A DNA stretch of 64,000 bases, taken from Piromyces finnis finn. Its lineage: Eukaryota; Fungi; Neocallimastigomycota. The stretch is from assembly GCA_002104945.1 (NCBI GenBank), contig MCFH01000011.1:62001-126000 (forward strand). The letters are read 5' to 3'. The first letter of the stretch is position 1, and the number at the start of each line of letters is the position of its first letter. Below the pieces are notes generated by a model. It was not told the origin of the DNA. It saw only the letters and a list, made by a program, of their open reading frames with translations, and did no database searches. Made by a program: the position numbers and the translations under genes. Positions 51,121 through 61,900 of this stretch are shown in pieces.

Positions 51121-51337
51121 TTCTAACATATATATATTATATATTTTTTAAAAAAATTATATATACATTTATAAAGTACCATACCTTTATTCATATGGTT
51201 GATATTCCAAAATATTTTTATTAATAATAATTTAAGAAAAATAGCTCAATATTTAATGAATATTTAACCAAAACGTATAAACAAAATAAAATATAATTTT
51301 TTTTATAGAAATATACTTACTACTACAATAAATTAAA

Positions 51338-54300
51338 ATGTTAAATATAAATCATGAAAATCTTTTTAAAGAATTAAAAACCATTGAAAGCCAATTGGAT
51401 ATGGTATATATTGAAATTTAGAAATTATTTAATTTTATACATTATTACTAATATATATATACTTTGTTTTTGTAATAAGGCTTCTTTGGAAAATTGTGTA
51501 TCTATGATACAACTTTTATCAAATTCTTTAAAAATAGTTGATATCAAGAAAAAAAGTATGTATTTTTTTATTTATATTTATAAAAAAAAAAAGAGACAAG
51601 ATATTTAATACCATTTAAACTATTTTTTTTTTTCATAGCAAATGATGTAACAGAAGAAGAATGGGAAAATTACATTAACAAAACATATGAGTTAGCAAGT
51701 TTTATGTTAAAATTAATCCAATGCTATAGTAGTCGTCTTAATGGTTTTCTTATGAGAAAAATTAATAGACAAAATTCAAATTTGATGGCATCATCTTCAA
51801 ATCTTATAAATGATGAAGAAATTATTAAAACAAATTCTGTTAAAACGGATTATATTCAAAGATCTTTAACATCTAATTCAAAAGGTATTTTTAAATATAT
51901 ATATATATATATTAATAGTTATCAAAATTTTAAGATTTAAAGTTAAATTCAATAATCTAAATAATAGATTAAAAAAAAAAAAAAGAGGAAAAAATAGTAA
52001 TTAAATGAAATTTATTTTAATTTATTAATATACATCATTTATAGATAGCAATGCTACTGTAGTAAATAGAAATAATACTTCCAAAATTACTCCGGTTCGT
52101 CAACAAAGCGTTTCTCAATCTATAGTTAAACAAAAGACATTAAATAAGGGAAAAGGAATTGATGACTCTTTTGTCTCAGATAAAGCTAGTATAAAAAAAG
52201 GTTCAACTCTTAGAAAATCAACTAATATTGATGGTACTGAAATAAATTATGATGACAGTGAAGAATCAAAGTATGTACAATCAAATATATATAGCGAAGA
52301 TGAAGCAAGTAGTATGAGTGAAAATAAAGAAACCCTAAATATTCCATTGACACCAAATTCAGAATCAGGTTTATCAAGACCTCGTATTAATAGTTTTAAT
52401 AGTGTAAATAAAGTAAATAGTATTCGCTCTTCTCCATCCTACACAAGCAAAAGCAAATATTATAATAATAATCGTTTAAGCCTTTCCAATGCAATAAAGA
52501 GAAATTCATTAGATACAATAAATCATACAATTAATAATGAAGGAGTAATGAATTCGGCTGCTTCATCGAATGCATTATCTTCAAGTTTCAATAGTAATTA
52601 TATGACTCAAATGCAAGATCAAGCAAATAGCAATTATAGTAATAACAGCAACAGTAATTTGATAAATAATAGCAATATTAATATCAATAATAATATTGAT
52701 AACAGCAGCAACAACAACAACAACAACAATAACAATAATAACAACAACAACAATAACAACAACAACAACAACAACAACAATAATAATAATTACTATTTCA
52801 TGACTCAAGGTCAACAATTCCAGAATCAAAATTATATGGACTATAACCAAAATTTCATGGATTCAAACCAAAACTTTATGCTTCAAAATCAAAACTACAT
52901 GGATCAAAACCAAAACTACATGGATCAAGGTCAAAATTACATGAATCAAGGTCAAAATTATATGGATAATCAAACTTATATGGATCAAACTTATATGGAT
53001 CAAAATTATATGGATCAAAACCTTCAATTCCAAAATCAAAACTTTATGAATCAAAACCAAAACTTTATGAATCAAAATATGAATTACTATTTCGATTCAA
53101 ATGGAGATTTTCAGTTTAATCCATCTCAACAACAAAATTTCCTTCAAGAAAAATTTAATATGCTTTCTGAAGGTTGTTTCGGATCATTTAACAATAACTT
53201 TACTACCAGTACCAGCAACGGTAACATAACCAATGATATAAATAATATGAATGCTATGAGTATGGGAAGTACTAGTATACCAACCAGTATGTGTAATATT
53301 CCTAGAATAGAAGATCCAGAGCATTATCAATCTAGTGAAGGTTCTGTCGATGAAACAACCGAAACTAGTAAAGACAACTTTATTGGTAATTATATTTGCA
53401 TTAAAAACTATAAAGCTGAAATGGATGCTTATATTGATTTGGAAGCTGGTGATATTGTTTCAATTTCAGAATTTTCTGGTGAATATGCTCTTGGTTTAAA
53501 TTGTAGAACTGATCGCTATGGTTTATTCCCAATTTATGACATTGATTCATTGAACGGTTTTGCAATTTTCTATAGAGTCATTGCTGACAATGGTCCTGAT
53601 GCTTCTAAAAATGATGCCATCTTTATTATATCTGAAGCTGATAATGATCTTTTAGTAGGTTATAACATCACCAAGGGAGATACATGTTTATTTAATATGG
53701 ATCAATTGGAAGTGTTACAATTTGATAATGATAATAATCCAATCTTTGATGAAAATGTTCTTAATAATCAACAAATGATGCAATCCATGAATACCATGAT
53801 CACTAATGGTCCTCTTTTAATGACCTATGATGCTCTTGGTCAATCAGGATTGCCATATAATAATAATGTTTATCCAAATAGTAGTTTTGACATGGGCTAT
53901 TCCAACTACTATAATAACAATGGATTGATCAATTATCCATTAACAGAAGATAACAACAATCAAAGTAGTAATAACGATGTTAATGAATGTTCCAATATAT
54001 TAGATGAATTAACAATTGGAGAAAATGTTCAAAGCACTGAACCCAAGAAACCTAGAGTTAAAAAGGTTCAATCCACAAATCATCCAAAGATTAAATATAC
54101 TATTCAGCACTATATTGAGAAGGAAACCGAATTTAATGATAAGATGAAGGCGACCATCAACATTCTTAAGGATAGTCTTGAAAAATACGTCAATACTAAT
54201 GAAGAAATTTTGAACAAGGTTGAAATTGGTATTCTCTTTAAGTACTTCCCTAAGCTCTATTCATTCAGTAATGAATTATTAAGAAATTTAAATGATTGTT

Positions 54301-55163
54301 TATCAAGGTACGATACCGAAGGTTTAACAACCATTTGTAAAATATTTGACAAGAATACCTTTAACTGTTCTGCATTTATCAAGTATTCCGAAAACTATGA
54401 ATACTCCTTGGATGCCTTTGACCGTATAAAGAAGGATATTATTAAGTTTGATAAGGTAGAAAAGATTCTCAAAGCCAATAAGGATGCTTTCCACAAACAA
54501 GAATTTAAAGATCTTCTCTTAACCCCAATTAACCATTTTGTTACGTACAAGTTAATTTTGAATGATATTAAGAAGGAAGTTTTTGAAGATGACATCTACG
54601 ACAAATTAGATGAAGAAATTGAATACATTAAAAAGATTGGTGATCAAATGAACATCAAAGTTGGGGAATCGATTCAAATTCGTAAATTCTTTGCATTAAA
54701 GAAAATGGTTATGGGTTTCCCAGCAGATTTCATATCCTACACCACCAGAAAACTTATTACCGATTTTGAAATTATGGGTAATGTCAGAGGTACCTTTAAG
54801 AAACATGTCTATTTATTCAATGATTGTGTTGTTGTTGTCAGTACAAATAAGGATGCCAAAAAGAAGGGCTTTGACTATGTTCTTGAAAATATTATTTACT
54901 ACAAGGATTATGACTTTGAAAAGGTAGAACAAGGCAATAAGATTTGTATCAAGTGTGTATGTAAAAATAAAGATATTATTAACGGACAATACGATTCTCG
55001 TTTAAAGAATAAAAGAAATGGTATATTTAAGACGTCCAAGGGTAGAAAACCAACGTATGATGAAGACAATTCTATGTACTTGTACTTTAACGATATCAAT
55101 TCCTATAATGTATTTTATGAGGAATGTAAAACTCAAAAAAGTAATTTAGAAGGAAGTCAGTAG
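51338..55163 (+). CDS. SH3-DH-PH Rho guanine nucleotide exchange factor-like protein (4 exons)
   Basis: SH3 (YICIKNYKAE...IDLEAGDIVSI...GLFP), a second degenerate SH3, DH-like helices (YIEKETEF; AFIKYSENY; FKDLLLTPINHFVTYKLIL) and PH (RKLI...HVYLFNDCVVV). Three short upstream exons from MLNINHENLF (51338) splice into the long exon; the start is tentative. Confidence 0.8.
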
Positions 55164-55259
55164 GATTCTTCCTCCTCCTCCATCGCCACCCCTTCTTCCT
55201 CCTCTTTACATTAAATAGAAATAAATTCCGGCCGGCGAAGAGGCCCTTCCCCCTAAATC

Positions 55260-55302
<43 letters not shown>

Positions 55303-56410
55303 TTCCACCACTAACACAACAAAAATAAAAAAAAAAAAAATCTCAACCACCAAATTAATAAATTAAGGATAAAAATTTTTTTTTAAATAAATTAATCTAT
55401 CATATCATTTTAGTATTTTTTTTTTTTTTTAAAAAAAAAAAAAAGTAATAATAAATATTAATTCCTATTCATTTATATCAAAGAAAATTTAATTTGTATG
55501 CATGCATTACACTTGTTTATGTATTTATCATTTATTATCTCATAGTTTAAAAAAAAAAAAAATCCCTCAAGGATAAAAAATATATTTTAAAATTAAAAAA
55601 AAAAAAAAGATATATTACAATTTTAAGTAAAAATGTATAAAAACAAAGTAAAACAAACCAACCAACAAACGAAAAAAAAAAAAAAAAAAAAAAAAATCAA
55701 ATAATTATTATAATGTAAAAAAAAAAAAAATTGAATAAAATAAACCAATTCTTTTATAATTATTATTTATAAAAATAAATAAAAGCAAAAAAAAAAAAAA
55801 AAAACTATTTTTTTTTTATATCAAATGTTTATTACTATTTATTTTATTTTTTTATTAAAAAAAAAAAAAAAGTCCAAGTCTAAATAAGCCATTAAAAAAA
55901 AAAAAAAAGTTTTTACAGAATATTATTATATCTTTTCGAACCATCATTCTTTTTTTTTTTTTATTCATTTCATTATCAAAAAATAAAAAAAAAATCAATA
56001 TTTGAATTACTTTTTCATCGGTATAAACGCCTTTTTTTTTTTTTTTTAATTTATTTTTTTAATTTTCTATTTCCCTTTTATTCTTATCATTTGTTGTTAC
56101 TATTTAATTTATTCTTTTGGAAAAGAAATAAAGAATACACTTTTTTTTTTTTTAAGTGAGGTGAACCATCGGAAATGCGGAATTTGTGATTGGAGTAAAA
56201 AGTCAAAAAATTTTTTCTTTAATTTTTTTTATATAATTAATTAATTAAAAATGTTGTATAAATATATAAATAAATAAAATAGAACCTTTTTTTTTTATTT
56301 TAAAAAAATAAAAAGTATAGAATTATTTTTATTTACACAAACAATACTTATAATTAAAAGAAAAAATAAACAATAACACAACACCAACACCTATAGTAGT
56401 ATAAAAAAAA

Positions 56411-57064
56411 ATGACTATATCAAGTGAAAAATATAAACAATTATCTATTAAAGAATTTAATAAAGCTGCTGAAAAATATGAAAGTGACGAAGCTGGCATA
56501 TACAAATTGTGTAAAGAGGATTATCTACCTATTTTAGATGAAATAAAAAAAATTGAATTTGAAACCTTATTAGATGCTGGTTGTGGTACAGCACCTATGG
56601 CTTCTTTATTAAAAGAAGCCTATCCCAACAAAAAGTATACGGGTATTGATTTATCAGAAAAGATGATTGAAAAAGCCAAAGAAAAAAATTTAGAAAATAC
56701 TGAATTTATGGTTGGTGATTGTGAAAATTTACCTTTTGAAGAGGGTAGTTTTGATGTTGTTATTAATAGTCAAAGTTTTCATCATTATCCAAATCCTCAA
56801 AACTTTTTCAATAGTGTTTATAAAGTTTTAAAACCAGGAGGTCGACTTATCCTAAGAGATAATACTAGTAATGGAGTTCTTCGATGGATTATAAATTATA
56901 TTGAAATACCATTATTTAATCTTACCGGTCATGGGGATGTTAAAATTTATTCCATTGAACAAGTCAAAGAATTCTGTAAAAATGCCAATTTGGAAGTTGA
57001 AACTATACAGAAACAAAAACATTTTAGACTTCATTTAGTCGCCGTTAAAAAAGATAAAAATTAA
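56411..57064 (+). CDS. Class I SAM-dependent methyltransferase (Methyltransf_11/UbiE-like), intronless
   Basis: LLDAGCGTA (motif I), GIDLSEKMIEKA, VGDCENLPFEEGSFDVV and FHHYPNPQ...VLKPGGRLIL, in a single uninterrupted 217-aa ORF. Confidence 0.92.
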   Translation: MTISSEKYKQLSIKEFNKAAEKYESDEAGIYKLCKEDYLPILDEIKKIEFETLLDAGCGTAPMASLLKEAYPNKKYTGIDLSEKMIEKAKEKNLENTEFMVGDCENLPFEEGSFDVVINSQSFHHYPNPQNFFNSVYKVLKPGGRLILRDNTSNGVLRWIINYIEIPLFNLTGHGDVKIYSIEQVKEFCKNANLEVETIQKQKHFRLHLVAVKKDKN

Positions 57065-57118
57065 AAAAAAAAAAAAAATTATAAAAAGACCTTAGGTCTA
57101 CTATTATTTTCGCTCAAT

Positions 57119-57158
<40 letters not shown>

Positions 57159-58015
57159 TATAATTATATATGAATAATCATTCATAATAAATATATAAAG
57201 TTATAATAGTATTTTATAACAATTAATTTCATCATCATTATTAATATCAATATTATCAATATCAATATCAATATTCTTTTTTTTAAAAAAACAACAACAT
57301 ATATATAGTAATAACGAACAATAATAATAAAAAAATAATAGTATATATTAATTTATAATAATAATAATAATAGTAATATTAATATTATTGTAAAAAAAAA
57401 AAAATTAAAAATATCTCTATAAATACGCATAAATATACTATCTTTTAAAAAATAAAAAACTTTTGTTAAAAAAATATTAAATATATATATATATAGCGAT
57501 ACTATTAAAAAATAAAAACAAATACTATAAATAATTTAAATAAAGGTTATTAATAAAAATAATATAAATAAAACAATAACTATTTTAATTTTATATAATT
57601 TTAATGGTTTTTATGTGGAGAGGGTGTTGTTGGTGGGATGAATTCTATTTTCAGTTTGGTTAATTTTTTTTAATATAATTCAAAAAAGTGGTGGTGAAAT
57701 TGATGGTAATAAAATGATAATGGCAACAGCATTAAAACATCTTTTTATGTAAAATGAAATTATTAGGGGGAGGGGGGAATGTCTAGTATTTTTGATCTGA
57801 TTTTATGATTTCAAAAAAAAAAAGAAAAAAAGAAAAAAACTAAAGAATTAAAAGTTTTAAGGATCAAAATGGGTATGAAATTTTATAATGGTGATAATGA
57901 TAATCGTTGATTTTTTTTTTTAAAAAAAAAAAAGATTATAAAATTATATATATATATTATTATTATTATAATATTAAGTTTTCTTTTTTTTTTTTTAATA
58001 ATACCTAATCAAAAT

Positions 58016-58028
58016 AAACCATTTCAAA
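58016..58028 (+). repeat. 5' target-site duplication of the LINE (AAACCATTTCAAA)
   Basis: The identical 13-mer follows the poly(A) tail at 63735..63747; exact length is ambiguous because of flanking As. Confidence 0.85.
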
Positions 58029-58029
58029 A

Positions 58030-58274
58030 CCCTCTTGGGAACGTGCCTTCATTTATTTAATAAATGTAGTTTCTCAAGGGGGTCTACTCATGCTCATGGT
58101 ACTGAGAGAGTAGAAAGAATTAAATCCAAGTATTGCGCAATGGATGCTTGGTGCCCTCTTAGGAACGTGCCTTCATTTATTTAATAATGGAGTTTATCAA
58201 GGGGGTCTACTCATGCTCATGGTACTGAGAGAGTAGAAAGAATTAAATCCAAGCATTGCGCAATGGATGCTTGG
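58030..58274 (+). repeat. Two tandem ~123-bp monomers at the LINE 5' end
   Basis: Copy 1 is 58030-58151 and copy 2 is 58154-58274, with only a handful of differences. Confidence 0.92.
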
Positions 58275-58918
58275 TTAGTCTTTAAGGGAAAATTATTAGG
58301 ACTAAGCTCATGGTACTGAGCGATTAAAAAACATTTTATTCATCGAATTAAGTATTTGATGAATAAGTTGAATGTTTGATATTCAGGTAAGTTTGTATAG
58401 TATTTAATTAGAAGAGTAATACATTTTGTTGCTGTTTTTTTTCTTTTATTCATGTATTCATGTAGTACTACTCTTCTCTTGTAAGAATCCAATGTAGTCA
58501 ACTTTAGCATTTGCATTGTATTTTTATATTCACGTAGCTATTGTTGTATTGTTTCTTGTAAGAGACTGATTCACTCTACATCATGTAAAAATACTATTCA
58601 CAAGCTTTCTGGTGTCGACATTCTTGATTCAAATTTTTTACCAATTTAAATATTTAATGAAAAGTAAGTCAAACAAGTTTAGTGTCAAAAAGCGATTCGA
58701 ATTTACTAACAACAAACCAAAACTAGAATTTTTAAAGAAAATTTACAACTAGAATTCAAAAAAAGAAACTTTAAACAAAGCATCGTAACAATTTTTGTAC
58801 TATCCAGTACTTTTAAGAAGAGAGAGAGAGACAGATTTTTTTTTTCCATATACGTTATATTTATAATTTTTATTAGTATTTATTTTATATTCAATATTTT
58901 TAATTAGAATTTATTATC

Positions 58919-61900
58919 ATGTCAGTCCTTTATATTAAAGACAAGAATTATATCAGACGTGGTACCCGGTCTTATGGTATCCCCTTAGATGATATTCGCT
59001 CCTTCTTTATCCGTGGTATTCGATCATGGTCAGTAAATATGCTATGGGAAAAACTCGAGGTTATTCTAGAAGATAAATTTAATTCAGTTATTAGTGTTAA
59101 ATATTTTCAGACTTTCAATGATCACTTTTTCTTAGTCAAGGTTCATGGTTCATCGAAAGATTGTATTAAAATCTTACACATGTTAAAGAAGAAACTTTCA
59201 GTTACCTCAATTTCCTTTTCAGCTCGTAGTAGAAGGAATCACAAATACACTTTTTCCACTCTCAAACGTAAAATTTTAGTTTCTAATAAACATCAACATT
59301 CTATTCAACAATCATTTCAACAATCAGTTCAACAATCTCATCAACAATCCGATCCTCAACTAGATCTTCAACAAGATCTTCAACAAGTTTCCAATCATGA
59401 AAATATTCCAGATCTACAGCAAACACAATTTCAATCTCAACATTCAACAATTAATTCTAATAGCTCTATCAACTCTGATAACAGTTCAATAGTTGATAGT
59501 TCTTCAGTTTCACAGCCATCTAGTAATAGTTCTACTTATTCCTCTGATGCATCATCCATTAATAACGATGACTTTAATAATAATAATAATAATAGCAACG
59601 ATTCTTCCTCATCCAACAAGCCTGATAACTTTTCTTTTTGTCTTAGTTGGAACACCAATGGGTGGAATCACGAAAAGAGAGATAGTATTAGCTATTTCAC
59701 AGCTATTTTCAAACCATTATTTTTATGTTTCCAAGAAACTGGTAATGGTTCTGGATCGAATACAGATTATCCTTGTCGTGTTACTTTGCGAAACTATAGA
59801 CACTTTTTCAAGAAAGCTGACGAATCAGTTCCGGGAATGAGAGGTTTATATTTAGGTTTTCACAATTCATGTCAAGCCTCACTTGAAAACTTCTCTGGAA
59901 AGTATATTATTTCTATTTATACTTTTAGTCTCTGGAATAGATTCAAATGCTCGATTGGTAATGTTTATATGCCTCATAGTCATCACAACATCTATGTTGA
60001 TCATGCAAAGTTAGAAGTTCGCTTGTGGTTACAAACTCATTCATCCCATCCATCGATTCTTGTTGGTGATTATAATATGTCTAAAGTAAAATTATCCAAC
60101 TGGTTATCAACTAATGGATTAGGAGATTGGGAAATTCTTCCGCTTAGAGGGTCGACTATCTCTTGGACTCGAGGTGATCAATCTTCCGACATTGACCATG
60201 CTCTTATCAATTCGAAGATGAAAGATCTTATTCACTCAGGATCATTTATAAATAATTTTTATCCTGTATCAGACCATAAGCCACTTCTTATTAATGGTAA
60301 AATTATTCCTATGGAAGATTTTTCTAATGACTTTAATGTTCCTAAGAAAATTCTGAAATGGAATAGATTAAAATGTATTGAGGAAAAGGAATCTATTATC
60401 AGTCATAATAAATTCCAAATACTTTCAGCAAAATCCAACGATCCTAATGTTTCTACAGATGAACTTTCCAAAGAGTTTACTTCAACTGCTTTTTCAATTG
60501 CAGACGAGCTCAGTATTACCTCAGCAAATAATGTTATAAAGTCTTCATTTCATATTTCACAACAAATTTTTAATCTTCAAAAAATCAAAATGAAGTTGTA
60601 TAAGAGATTTAAAAAAGAAAGAATTTATGATATAGATGAATTTATTAAAAGAATTAAAATCTACCGTAAGCTCATTGATTACATCCACAAAAGATGTAAT
60701 GAATTTAGGAAGCAAGAATATCTTCATTGGATTAAAACAGGATGTGAGTATATGAAGAGTCATAATCCTAAGAAGGCCTGGAAATGGATCAAGAAAACTG
60801 CAAAAATTGGAAAAGATTCTTTCTTTATTGCTCAACCAATTAAAAATAAAAATGGAGAATTAGTTGTTGCTACGGAAGAACAACTAGATGTGTGGCATGA
60901 TCATTTCGAAAATCTTGCATCAGATCCAAGTGGTGTAAGTCTTGATTTGGAGCATTGGTATGAAGAACCAATGAATAAACGTTTTTCACTTCCTATGCTT
61001 GATGAGTGGGATATCAACCAAGATATTAGTATTGATGAAGTCAAGTCAGCTATCCTCTCTACTCCAAATTATAAAGCATCAGGTCCGGATGGTATTCCAA
61101 TTGAATTTTACAAAGCATTAGTTCCATCAAGTAATGATTCTAATAATGCTACAGATAATAATTCTTCTGGTAATACTACTTCAGATAATGATGCTCATGG
61201 TTTAAATTTTATTCTTAAATTATTTAACCGTATTTGGGATGGAGATTTCCCCAACTCATGGAATGAATCCAGTATTGTTTCTATTCCTAAGAAGGGAGAT
61301 TTGACAGATTGTGATAACTATCGAGGTATATCACTTATCAATAATGGTATTAAGTTGATTTCCAAAATTGTCACCACTAGAATCTCAGAATATGGTTTAA
61401 AGAATAATTTCATTAGACCTGAACAATTTGGTTTTCGAAAAAAGGAAGAAAGTATTAGTCTTTTCATTTCAATCCAAGAAATATGCCGTAGACGTCAATT
61501 AGATAATAAAGAGACATATTTGGCCTTTTTAGATCTCAGGAAAGCATACGATTCAGTCCCAATCGGTAATATTCTCCATAAATTAGATTGTTTAGGAATC
61601 CGAGGTAAGAGTTTACAATTCATCAAAAATTTATATTTAACATCTAAGGCTAATGTCAAATTAGATGGACAATTCTCGAAATCTTTTGATGTGAAGAAAG
61701 GAGTCCGTCAAGGTTGCCCTCTTTCTCCTATTCTCTTTAATCTCTTTATTAATGATATATTTAGAGAGTGCGAAGATCTAGGAGTCAGTTTAGGTGACAC
61801 TCGATGCTGTGGTGGACTTTTTGCAGATGATATAGTTATTTGTGCTCCAACAAGAGGATGCTTAAAAAAGATGCTTAGAAGAGTTAATGAATGGGCATTG

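Noticed and set aside
58030-58330. Assignment of the LINE leader to HDV-like, hammerhead, twister or twister-sister ribozymes
   Set aside because: CTGAGAG does not fit CUGANGA with a stem II, no L3/P1.1 CC-GG pairing for an HDV fold was found, and GCTCATGG matches twister-sister only locally.
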